Source of the DNA: a virus
Taxonomy: Duplodnaviria > Caudoviricetes
Reading direction: 5' to 3' (one strand)
Length of the DNA: 57,851 bases
IMG/VR virus record: IMGVR_UViG_3300044568_003733
Location: 1-57,851 of that record
The notes below the pieces were generated by a model. That model saw nothing but the letters and a program-made list of their open reading frames with translations. It was not told where the DNA came from and did not search any database. Shown in pieces: positions 1 to 9,014 of this stretch (positions are counted from its first letter, which is position 1; every line of letters begins with the position of its first letter). The translations under genes were made by a program, and so were the position numbers.

Positions 1-3000
1 CCATGTTATGGCATCCGTACCTCAACAGATGCCATAACATGGACCACCCGCACCTCAAACTTTGGAAATACAATTATACGCTCAGTAGCCTATGGTAACA
101 GCCTTTGGGTAGCAGTTGGCTATGCAGGACAACTCCGTACCTCAACAGATGGCACAACTTGGACCACCCAAACCTCCAACTTTGGAAATACACATATAAA
201 CTCAATAGCCTACGGCAACAACCTTTGGGTAGCAGGTGGCTATGTAGGACAACTTCGTACCGCTGCTTCCTTATATCCAAACCTATCAACAGTAGCATCT
301 TCAACAGGAACAAATACAAGAGTATCTACTGATAGAATATCATGGACTACTATTAGTATTTTAAATCCCGTTGCTTATATAGATACCGACGTAAAATCAA
401 GCGGCATAGCAACAGCAGAACGATATAAAGCAATATCAAATATAAATGGAACTCTTCTTTATTCTGATAGAGAAACAGATCAATATAATCAATATAGAAA
501 TTTATATCAAGAAGTTGGAATTGCTTGGACCACCCAAACCTCCAACTTTGGTAATACACGGATACAGTCAGTATCTTACGGAAACAACCTATGGGTAGCA
601 GGCGGTTTATATGGTGTCCTCCGCACCTCAACCGATGCCATAACCTGGACTGCCCGTACATCCAACTTTGATAGTAATCACTGGATCCGCTCAGTAGCCT
701 ACGGAAACAACTTATGGGTAGCAGGTGCCTATAACGGCCAACTCCGCACCTCAACAGACGGCACAACATGGACCACCCGTACTTCCAACTTTGGTAATAC
801 ACAGATACGCTCAATAGCCTACGGTAACAACCTATGGGTAGCAGGCGGCTATACAGGACAAATCCGCACATCAACAGATGCCATAACCTGGACTACCCAA
901 ACCTCTAACTTTTTTACTCCCAATGAACCAAGAAATATAAACTCAGTAGCCTACGGAAACAACCTATGGGTAGCAGGCGGTGTATATGGTGTCATCAGAA
1001 CCTCAACAGATACTATAACATGGACCACCCAAACTTCAAACTTTGGAAGTACAGATATATTCTCAGTAGCCTACGGCAACAGCCTTTGGGTAGCAGGTGG
1101 GGCTACAGCCCAACTACGCACTTCAACCGATGCCGTAACTTGGACCACCAGTACTGGTGCTTCAAGTATAAACTCAGTAGCCTACGGCAACAACTTATGG
1201 GTAGCAGGTGGTGGTTCAGGCACCTTACGCACATCAACGGATGCTATAACTTGGACTACCCGTACTTCTAACTTTGGTTCTTCACCTATAAACTCAATAT
1301 ACTACGGCAACAATCTATGGGTAGCAGGTTCATATGGAGGCCAGATCCGCACCTCAACCGATGCTATAACTTGGACCACCCGTACCTCTAACTTTGGCAA
1401 CTCAACTATACTGTCAGTAGCCTACGGCAACAACTTATGGGTAGCAGGTGGGGGTGCAGGCCAGATCCGCACCTCAACAGATGCAATAACGTGGACTACC
1501 CGTACCTCAAACTTTGGAAGTACAGGTATATTCTCAGTAAGACACGGCAACAACCTGTGGGTAGCAGGCGGGGATGGAGGCCAACTCCGCACCTCAACAG
1601 ATGCAATAACTTGGACCACCCGCACCTCAAACTTTGGAGGTACACTGATACGCTCAATAGTTTATGACAACAGTATTTGGGTAGCAGGCGCAGATTCAGG
1701 CCAACTCCGCACATCAACGGATGCAATAACTTGGACCACCCGTACATCTAACTTTTCTAGCGATCAACCAAGAGTTATACGCCGAATAGCCTACGGTAAT
1801 AGCCTTTGGGTAGCAGTTGGTCTTTCAGGTCTACTCAGAACCTCAACAGATGGCATAACCTGGACTACCCAAACTTCCAACTTTGGAACTAGTACTATAA
1901 ACGGAATAGCCTATGGCAACAACTTGTGGTTAGCAGGGGGATTAACAGGACAACTCCGCACATCAACGGATGCTATAACTTGGACCACCCGTACTTCTAA
2001 CTTTGGTGTTTCACCTATAATTTCAGTAGCCTATGGTAACAACCTTTGGGTAGCAGTCGGCTATACAGCCCAGATCCGCACTTCAACAGATGCCATAACC
2101 TGGACTACCCGTACCTCTAACTTTGGAAATACACATATACACTCAGTAGCCTACGGTAATAGCCTATGGATAGCAGTTGGCGATACTGGCCAACTCCGCA
2201 CCTCAACAAATACACCACTTTATAACAATATAAAATCAATATCTACATTTGGAACTACAACAATTGGATTAATAGCAGATAATAATTTTGTTACTAGTAA
2301 TGATTTAATTTCATATGCCACGCCAAATTTACAATGGACCACCCAAACATCTAACTTTGGAACTTCAGATATACAGTCAGTAGCCTATGGCAACAGCCTT
2401 TGGGTAGCAGCTGGACATACAGGCCAACTACGCACCTCAACAGATGCCATAACCTGGACCACCCAAACCTCTAACTTTGGCAGCACAACTATACGCTCAG
2501 TAGACTACGGCAACAGTCTCTGGGTAGCAGTTGGATCTTCAGGCCAAATCCGCACCTCAACAGATGTCACAACTTGGACCACCCAAACCTCAAACTTTGG
2601 AGATACAACTATATGGTCAGTAGCCTACGGCAACAGCCTCTGGGTAGCAGGTGGCTATAATGGTAATCTCCGCACCTCAACAGACGGCACAACCTGGACC
2701 ACACAAACCTCAAACTTTGGAACTACACAGATACGCTCAGTAGCCTACGGCAACAACCTTTGGATAGCAGTTGGATTTGCAGGACAATTGCGCACCTCAA
2801 CAGATGCAGTCACATGGACTACCCAAACCTCAAACTTTGGAACTGAAATTATATTCTCAGTAGCCTACGGCAACAACCTTTGGGTAGCAGGTGCAAATAA
2901 TGGTAATCTCCGCACCTCAACAGACGGCACAACCTGGACCACCCGCACCTCCAACTTTGGTAGTACAGGTATAGGAGAAGTAGACTACGGCAACAATCTC

Positions 3001-4284
3001 TGGATAGCAAGCGGGCCTGCAGGCCAACTCCGTACCTCAACAGATGCAATAACTTGGACCACCCGCACCTCAAACTTTGGCAGCACAGCTATACGCTCAA
3101 TATCCTACAGCAACAACCTTTGGGTGGCGGGTGGAGATGCAGGCCAAATCCGAATTTCCTACACCCCATCAATACCACCAACCATTACATCAATAAACAC
3201 AAATATATTAGCATCAGATCAAGGAGTAATCTATCCATTTAATACATCAAATTCTACATATACCCCAATTAGAACAGGAATTTTAGGCGGTGTAGAAAAA
3301 GTAAGTTATTCTGATAATACTTATTCAATATATGTAAATGGAAAAACACCATATACATGGATAACACCAGTAAGTAACTTTGGAAATACAAATGTAATGG
3401 CAGTAGGCTATGGAAACAATCTTTGGGTAGTAGTTGGGACTGCAGGAACACTTCGCACTTCAACCGATACTATAACCTGGAACACGCAAACCTCTAACTT
3501 TGGAAGCACACAGATATTGGCAGTAGCCTATGGCAACAGCCTTTGGGTAGCAGGTGGCAATACAGGAACACTCCGTTCCTCAACTGATGCCGTAACTTGG
3601 ACCACTCGTACTTCCAACTTTGGAAACACACTTATATTTTCGATAGCCTATGGCAACAGCCTTTGGGTAGCGGGCGGAGAGTCAGGCCAACTTCGCACCT
3701 CAACAGATACTGTAACCTGGACCACCCGTACTTCTTCTGGCACTATGAACCAAATTATCCGCACAGCATCCTACAATAACAACATTTGGACAGTAGGTGG
3801 GGGTGGAGGACAACTTAATACTTCAACAGACGGCACAACCTGGACTGCCCGTACCTCCAACTTTGGTAATACGGCTATATTCTCAATAGCCTACGGTAAT
3901 AGCCTTTGGGTAGCATCATCTGGTGCAGGAACAGTCCGTTCCTCAACTGATACTATAACCTGGACCACCCGTGATTCCAACTTTGGAGGTGTAGTCTACG
4001 GCAACAATCTTTGGATAGCCTCCACCAATTTAAATAACATACGCACCTCAACAGACGGCACAACCTGGACTACCAGTAACTCAAACTTTGGAAATACAAC
4101 TATACGCCGAATAGCCTACGGTAATAGCCTTTGGGTAGCAGTTGGCTATGCAGGCACAATTCGTACCTCAAGAGTAAATGAAAACCTTGGCATGTATGTA
4201 TCAACTGATGGTGCTACATGGACTACTCAAGCATTGACATTACCAATATCTAATTCTAATTTAACTGATATTGAACTTGCATAA
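1..4284 (+). CDS. Giant Asp-box/BNR-repeat beta-propeller protein, probably a virion adhesin or appendage; 5'-truncated, >1427 aa
   Basis: Frame 1 translates without a stop from base 1 to TAA 4282-4284. The track's start at 1924 is just the first in-frame TTG. About 30 repeats of WTTRTSNFGxTxIxSVAYGNNLWVAGGxxGQLRTSTDAIT carry an Asp-box-like S-T-D-G/A-x-T-W motif. Confidence 0.85.
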   Translation, partial: PCYGIRTSTDAITWTTRTSNFGNTIIRSVAYGNSLWVAVGYAGQLRTSTDGTTWTTQTSNFGNTHINSIAYGNNLWVAGGYVGQLRTAASLYPNLSTVASSTGTNTRVSTDRISWTTISILNPVAYIDTDVKSSGIATAERYKAISNINGTLLYSDRETDQYNQYRNLYQEVGIAWTTQTSNFGNTRIQSVSYGNNLWVAGGLYGVLRTSTDAITWTARTSNFDSNHWIRSVAYGNNLWVAGAYNGQLRTSTDGTTWTTRTSNFGNTQIRSIAYGNNLWVAGGYTGQIRTSTDAITWTTQTSNFFTPNEPRNINSVAYGNNLWVAGGVYGVIRTSTDTITWTTQTSNFGSTDIFSVAYGNSLWVAGGATAQLRTSTDAVTWTTSTGASSINSVAYGNNLWVAGGGSGTLRTSTDAITWTTRTSNFGSSPINSIYYGNNLWVAGSYGGQIRTSTDAITWTTRTSNFGNSTILSVAYGNNLWVAGGGAGQIRTSTDAITWTTRTSNFGSTGIFSVRHGNNLWVAGGDGGQLRTSTDAITWTTRTSNFGGTLIRSIVYDNSIWVAGADSGQLRTSTDAITWTTRTSNFSSDQPRVIRRIAYGNSLWVAVGLSGLLRTSTDGITWTTQTSNFGTSTINGIAYGNNLWLAGGLTGQLRTSTDAITWTTRTSNFGVSPIISVAYGNNLWVAVGYTAQIRTSTDAITWTTRTSNFGNTHIHSVAYGNSLWIAVGDTGQLRTSTNTPLYNNIKSISTFGTTTIGLIADNNFVTSNDLISYATPNLQWTTQTSNFGTSDIQSVAYGNSLWVAAGHTGQLRTSTDAITWTTQTSNFGSTTIRSVDYGNSLWVAVGSSGQIRTSTDVTTWTTQTSNFGDTTIWSVAYGNSLWVAGGYNGNLRTSTDGTTWTTQTSNFGTTQIRSVAYGNNLWIAVGFAGQLRTSTDAVTWTTQTSNFGTEIIFSVAYGNNLWVAGANNGNLRTSTDGTTWTTRTSNFGSTGIGEVDYGNNLWIASGPAGQLRTSTDAITWTTRTSNFGSTAIRSISYSNNLWVAGGDAGQIRISYTPSIPPTITSINTNILASDQGVIYPFNTSNSTYTPIRTGILGGVEKVSYSDNTYSIYVNGKTPYTWITPVSNFGNTNVMAVGYGNNLWVVVGTAGTLRTSTDTITWNTQTSNFGSTQILAVAYGNSLWVAGGNTGTLRSSTDAVTWTTRTSNFGNTLIFSIAYGNSLWVAGGESGQLRTSTDTVTWTTRTSSGTMNQIIRTASYNNNIWTVGGGGGQLNTSTDGTTWTARTSNFGNTAIFSIAYGNSLWVASSGAGTVRSSTDTITWTTRDSNFGGVVYGNNLWIASTNLNNIRTSTDGTTWTTSNSNFGNTTIRRIAYGNSLWVAVGYAGTIRTSRVNENLGMYVSTDGATWTTQALTLPISNSNLTDIELA
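526..4170 (+). repeat. Coding tandem repeats of about 120 bp in three blocks: 14 units (~526-2210), 7 units (~2335-3160), 7 units (~3358-4170). Two more full units plus a partial one lie at 1-260.
   Basis: Manual count of YGN(N/S)LW-type blades in the translation; strong DNA-level similarity between units. Confidence 0.9.
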
Positions 4285-4301
4285 TTTGACAAAAATTACT
4301 A

Positions 4302-4331
4302 TTGCCAAATCCCTAGTAGATATGATAGAAT
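4302..4331 (+). promoter_or_regulatory. Sigma70/SigA-type promoter, probably leaderless
   Basis: TTGCCA-18 nt-TAGAAT with TGn extension; ATG 8 nt downstream and no SD. Confidence 0.55.
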
Positions 4332-4339
4332 GAATCTAT

Positions 4340-5164
4340 ATGTTAAATAAAAAACAATTTTACTTTATGGCGGGACTACCAAGATCTGGTAGTACTCTAA
4401 TATCATCTATATTAAATCAAAATCCTGATATTTATTCATCAGCAAATTCACCTATGTGTGGAATGATATTTAATTTAGAACGTAGTATTTTGGCATCAGA
4501 ACAGTACTCTGCATACCCAAAACCTGCAGTAATGCCAAATACAATTATGGGGGTATTAGAAGGATACTACTCTGATACAAATAAACCTATAGTTATTGAT
4601 AAATCAAGAGAATGGTCAATGCCTGAACATTTCGGGGTATTGCAAAGAAATCTTGGATATGAACCAAAAATAATACTACCAGTAAGAGGAATAACAGATA
4701 TCCTTGCATCATTTATAAGTCTAGTTAAAAAGAATCCAAATAAAAATAATTTTATTGATTCTGAAATACAAACAAGACAGGAATTTAATTTTTACCGTCC
4801 AGCAGATGATATTAGGTGTGATAGCTTAATGAGGCCAAAAGGTATTATTGATAACTGCTTATACGGTATAGCATTTGCGATGCATCCAGATAATAGAAAG
4901 TATTTCCATTTTGTAGAATACGATGATTTAATAGAAAATCCAGAAGAAGAAATTAACAAAATTTATGATTTTTACGGTATTGAAAGATTTACCCATGACT
5001 ATTCAAATATAGCAAACAATATTAAAGAAGATGATAATGTCTATGGACTTATAGGACAACATGATGTAAGATCTTCTATATCCCGTCGGAATATAAATAA
5101 ACAAGAGTTATTGTCTGAATATGTAATAAATAAATATACTGGTCTAGAATTTTGGAGAAAATAA
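4340..5164 (+). CDS. PAPS-dependent sulfotransferase
   Basis: 5'-PSB loop GLPRSGST, then IDKS, VR..DILASF and VEYDDL..P motifs. Confidence 0.85.
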   Translation: MLNKKQFYFMAGLPRSGSTLISSILNQNPDIYSSANSPMCGMIFNLERSILASEQYSAYPKPAVMPNTIMGVLEGYYSDTNKPIVIDKSREWSMPEHFGVLQRNLGYEPKIILPVRGITDILASFISLVKKNPNKNNFIDSEIQTRQEFNFYRPADDIRCDSLMRPKGIIDNCLYGIAFAMHPDNRKYFHFVEYDDLIENPEEEINKIYDFYGIERFTHDYSNIANNIKEDDNVYGLIGQHDVRSSISRRNINKQELLSEYVINKYTGLEFWRK

Positions 5165-5835
5165 TGAAGCCACATGTTAATGTTTTAATCGCCACCCCTG
5201 GTAGAAATATGGAAGCAGAATATGTAAAAAGTTTAATACAAACTATTTCATATCTAAATCAAGTAGGTATTTCATATATGTTCTTAAATGAATATTCATC
5301 TATGGTTAGTACTGCTAGAGAAGCAACAACAATGGGAGATCAATACCTAGATCCTTTTAATAATAGTCCTGCTCGTGGACAAGTAACATATGATAAAATT
5401 TTTTGGATTGATTCTGATATTGGATGGGAAATAACAGACTTTATGAAAATATATGAGTCTGATAAAAATATTGTTTCTGGTTTATATTTTAATGAAAAAA
5501 TGGTACCAATGTTTTCTGTAGCAGTAGAAGATGCGGCAACAGAAATTGACAGAATTTTAAAAAGTAATAAGGAAGAAGAAGTTTTTGCTGCTGGATTTGG
5601 TTTTATAGCAATGAAGCAAGGCGTATTTGAAAATATGAAAAGACCATGGTTTGAGTCAGTATTTCAAAAAATGACTTCAGAAGATGAGGAAAAAGAAATA
5701 TTTATTCCATACGGAGAAGATTTTTCCTGGTGCAAAAAAGCACAGCAAGCAGGATTTAAGGTGTACTTAGATCCTACAGTAAGTTTGTCGCATTATAAAA
5801 AAGTAAAGGTAAGGTTAGATAATTATGGCAAATAA
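5152..5835 (+). CDS. GT-A fold glycosyltransferase-like protein (paralog 1)
   Basis: VLIATP, WIDSDI (DxD), IVSGLY, GFGF, RPWF, GEDFSWC. Confidence 0.75.
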   Translation: MEKIMKPHVNVLIATPGRNMEAEYVKSLIQTISYLNQVGISYMFLNEYSSMVSTAREATTMGDQYLDPFNNSPARGQVTYDKIFWIDSDIGWEITDFMKIYESDKNIVSGLYFNEKMVPMFSVAVEDAATEIDRILKSNKEEEVFAAGFGFIAMKQGVFENMKRPWFESVFQKMTSEDEEKEIFIPYGEDFSWCKKAQQAGFKVYLDPTVSLSHYKKVKVRLDNYGK

Positions 5836-6529
5836 GCCACATTTTAATGTAGTAATAGCTACTCCAGGAAACGGATTCACTCCTGGCTATATGAGAAGTA
5901 TTCTTAAAACAACGTATATATTAAATCAAGAAAACCTATCTTGGAACTTTTTAAATCAAGGTGGATCTTTAGTTGCAATGGCCCGTGAATCTACAATTGG
6001 TGGATGGGATACAAATAATATAAAGATGACAGAGCCATGTAGTGGTGAATGGACTTATGACAAAATTATTTGGATTGATTCAGATATTGAGTGGGAACCA
6101 TCAGATTTTTTTGCATTATATAATTCTGAAAAAGATATTATTTCTGGATGCTATTTAATGGAAGATCGACACGTTCCTATTTATAATCAGCCTAGAGGTG
6201 GAATGATGCCAGAACAAATGATTCTTGATAATAAGGAGCCATTTAAAGTTGCTGGGGCTGGATTTGGGTTCCTAGCCGTTAAACAAGGGGTATTTGAAAA
6301 AATGCCAAGACCTTGGTTTGGCCCAGTAGCAATACCCAATACAGATGAAAACAAAGACACAAATCCTGAGTTTATACTTATTGGTGAAGATCTTTCTTGG
6401 TGCACAAAAGCCATTAATTCTGGTTTTGAAATTTGGGCGGATCCCAAAATTAGAGTAACTCATCAAAAAACATTTAAACTTCATTGGATGGATGTTTTAC
6501 AAAAAAATTATCCACAGGAAAATAAATAA
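5825..6529 (+). CDS. GT-A fold glycosyltransferase-like protein (paralog 2)
   Basis: Same motif series as the upstream gene: IATPG, WIDSDI, GFGF, RPWF, GEDLSWC. Confidence 0.75.
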   Translation: MANKPHFNVVIATPGNGFTPGYMRSILKTTYILNQENLSWNFLNQGGSLVAMARESTIGGWDTNNIKMTEPCSGEWTYDKIIWIDSDIEWEPSDFFALYNSEKDIISGCYLMEDRHVPIYNQPRGGMMPEQMILDNKEPFKVAGAGFGFLAVKQGVFEKMPRPWFGPVAIPNTDENKDTNPEFILIGEDLSWCTKAINSGFEIWADPKIRVTHQKTFKLHWMDVLQKNYPQENK

Positions 6530-7251
6530 TGAAATTACAATTTGAAGCATTTGATAAAGAAACAGAACTTTTGTTTGAAAGTCCAAAGCCAGCAGTTCAG
6601 TCTCTTCCACAATGGTATAAAGATATGCCAACAAGAATGGATGAAGAAAAATTAGACGGTTTATCAAAAGATGGGGTTGCAGTTAGTAACTTAACATTAA
6701 AGGGATGCTCTCCTTTTCTTGACGCTTTAAGTACAGGATACATATTTGAATTACCATTTGATATGGAGTTTAGAAAAAATGATAAAGGAATGATTAATGT
6801 TCGTTGGGCAACAAATATTAATCTTATAGGACAACACGGACCAGATCAAGCACCAGGATTACCAGGACCATTTGGTGGATCCCCAAGTCTTCTTAAGTGG
6901 AGACCAGGATGGAGAGTTATTACTCCAAAAGGCTACAGTTGTTTGTTTACCCATCCTATGAATAGGCACGATCTTCCATTTAGAACATTTTCTGGTGTTG
7001 TGGATACCGATATGTATAAGCTTGGTGTTGAGTTTCCATTTCAGTTATTGGATTCTTCAATTGATAAAGATGTTTTTATTCTTGAGAAGGGAACCCCCAT
7101 TTGTCAGGTTATTCCATTTAAGAGAGAAGATTGGAAGAGCGATGTTGTAAAATTTGATGAAGAAGAAAATCGTAAAAATGGTTTTTTATTAAAATCAAAA
7201 ATAGTTCGTTCGTACAAACAACAATTTTGGCAGAAAAAAACTTATAATTAG
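6529..7251 (+). CDS. Conserved phage hypothetical protein, possibly dUTPase-like beta fold
   Basis: Translationally coupled ORF; LKGCSPFLDA, TPKGYSCLF.HP, GVVDTD, KGTP..QVIPFKR. Confidence 0.6.
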   Translation: MKLQFEAFDKETELLFESPKPAVQSLPQWYKDMPTRMDEEKLDGLSKDGVAVSNLTLKGCSPFLDALSTGYIFELPFDMEFRKNDKGMINVRWATNINLIGQHGPDQAPGLPGPFGGSPSLLKWRPGWRVITPKGYSCLFTHPMNRHDLPFRTFSGVVDTDMYKLGVEFPFQLLDSSIDKDVFILEKGTPICQVIPFKREDWKSDVVKFDEEENRKNGFLLKSKIVRSYKQQFWQKKTYN

Positions 7252-7259
7252 GAGATAGC

Positions 7260-8234
7260 ATGGATTGGTTACAGCAGGTTCCAAAAAACAATATTGGGGT
7301 GGTAGAAGAATCTTTGCCTCCAATGGGCGGTACAGAAATATTAAAATCTGGACTATATAAATATACTAATATAGCGCAGCATGAAGATGTTCACCTTTTG
7401 CTATCTAATCCATATTTTAAAAATATAAAATATACAAAAAAGAATTTGCTATGGCAACATTTGGCTCATAGCGATGAATCATTAAAATTAGGATACACAG
7501 ATCCCTCATTTATGAATGCTATAAATTCATTTGTATACATCTCTCACTGGCAACATGAAAAGTATCGTTGGATATTTAAAATCCCACTTGAAAATGCATA
7601 TGTAATCAAGAATGCAATAGAACCAATTGAATTTAAGCCAAAGACTAAAGATGGCAAGATAAAATTAATTTATACCTCTGCCCCTTTTCGTGGACTAGAT
7701 ATGCTTTTGCCAGCATTTGAAATGCTAAATAGAGAAGATGTAGAGCTTGATATTTATTCATCAGCAAAAATGTATGGAACTGGATATGAAGCTCATACAA
7801 ACGGGGTGTACGAAGAACACTTTGAAATAGCTCGCAATATGAAGAATGTTAACTATATGGGATATGCTACAAATGATGTAATTAAAAAGGCTTTACAAGA
7901 AGCCCATATTTTTGCATATCCAAGTACATTTGAAGAGACTTGTTGTTTGGCAATGGTTGAAGCTGGAGCTGCAGGATGCCGCATGGTTACAACTAACCTT
8001 GGTGCACTATATGAAACGGGATCAGAATATGCAAGACTTATGCCAATGCAAGCGGTACCAGAAACATTTATTCCAGCATATGCAAAAATACTAAATGAAG
8101 AAATTGACAATTATTGGTCTATAGAAACACAAAGTAAATTACAAAAGCAATCAGATTTTTATAATGAAAATTACTCTTGGGATTTAAGGTCTAAAGAGTG
8201 GAATAGATTGTTTGAAAAAATTAGCTCCACTTAG
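7260..8234 (+). CDS. GT-B (GT4/Glycos_transf_1-like) glycosyltransferase
   Basis: MGGTE, YTSAPFRGL, YPSTFEETCCLAMVEA (E-x7-E); AGGAG SD. Confidence 0.85.
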   Translation: MDWLQQVPKNNIGVVEESLPPMGGTEILKSGLYKYTNIAQHEDVHLLLSNPYFKNIKYTKKNLLWQHLAHSDESLKLGYTDPSFMNAINSFVYISHWQHEKYRWIFKIPLENAYVIKNAIEPIEFKPKTKDGKIKLIYTSAPFRGLDMLLPAFEMLNREDVELDIYSSAKMYGTGYEAHTNGVYEEHFEIARNMKNVNYMGYATNDVIKKALQEAHIFAYPSTFEETCCLAMVEAGAAGCRMVTTNLGALYETGSEYARLMPMQAVPETFIPAYAKILNEEIDNYWSIETQSKLQKQSDFYNENYSWDLRSKEWNRLFEKISST

Positions 8235-8877
8235 CATTATATTTTACTTGATCAGAAGCAACAATGCTATCAAAAGATTCGGTAGAGCTAGAATCAATTA
8301 AATAATCTCCCCATAGGTATTCTGAACGAGAATGTCCCAATACAGGTTCTGCCCTACGATAAAAATCATTATCACCAAACCATATTTGGAATTGCTCATC
8401 AGCACGTAGGCTAGAGGATGCTGAAACTAATAGCATAGCCCCATCAGAGATATTTATAACCTCTGATTCACCCTTAGAAAATTCATCGTATGCTTCTTTA
8501 ATCACGAATGGATCAAATTCAAAAACGCCATTTGTTAAAATAACAGCATCTGCTCCGTTTGCTACGGCATACTCAAAGCCAGTATTCCAATAACGATAAA
8601 TATTTATATCATTAAAATCTTCTAGATGGACTACGCCATCATGCTCTGTATAACCAGCAACTTTATTTACAAAAATAACTCTACTAGAAAAATTTGGTCC
8701 TGTTTGACCAGCATATGGATGAGAAACATTTTCTGTCTCTAACTCTTTTGTTTCTTGATTAAATATCTTTTTTTCGTAGGTTTCTGGGGCAATATATCCG
8801 CCAGACAATTTATTAATAAATTCAGTAAGATCTACAGTATTATTTAGCACTGGAACGACTATCCATGTATTTAACAT
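8221..8877 (-). CDS. Divergent GT2-like protein, the only confident minus-strand gene
   Basis: WIVVPV, NIYRYWNTG, IWFGDND; AAGGAG SD and a TGATATAAT promoter upstream on the minus strand. Confidence 0.6.
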   Translation of the reverse strand: MLNTWIVVPVLNNTVDLTEFINKLSGGYIAPETYEKKIFNQETKELETENVSHPYAGQTGPNFSSRVIFVNKVAGYTEHDGVVHLEDFNDINIYRYWNTGFEYAVANGADAVILTNGVFEFDPFVIKEAYDEFSKGESEVINISDGAMLLVSASSSLRADEQFQIWFGDNDFYRRAEPVLGHSRSEYLWGDYLIDSSSTESFDSIVASDQVKYNAKWS

Positions 8878-8910
8878 ATTTCTCCTTATATTATCTTATG
8901 GTATTCAAAT

Positions 8911-8919
8911 ATTATATCA
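8911..8919 (-). promoter_or_regulatory. Extended -10 promoter for 8877..8221
   Basis: Reverse complement reads TGATATAAT. Confidence 0.55.
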
Positions 8920-9014
8920 TAGAGGATTTACTAAATAAACTTCACTAGCTCCGACCTTTTTTATCTGTCGGCTGGACCTTTACAAAACCCCACCTAATAG
9001 TATATACTTGAGAT

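Noticed and set aside
1924-1926. TTG start given in the ORF track
   Set aside because: It falls mid-blade; the frame is open back to base 1.
74-3779. Many short alternate-frame and antisense ORFs (e.g. 353-874 minus, 966-1271 plus)
   Set aside because: Shadows of the repetitive frame-1 gene; no RBS and no independent protein signal.
1-4170. Repeat array as a CRISPR array or DGR template/variable repeats
   Set aside because: Units are in-frame coding repeats with synonymous variation and no repeat-spacer structure. Differences are not confined to adenines, and no reverse transcriptase is in the window. A DGR elsewhere in the genome cannot be excluded.
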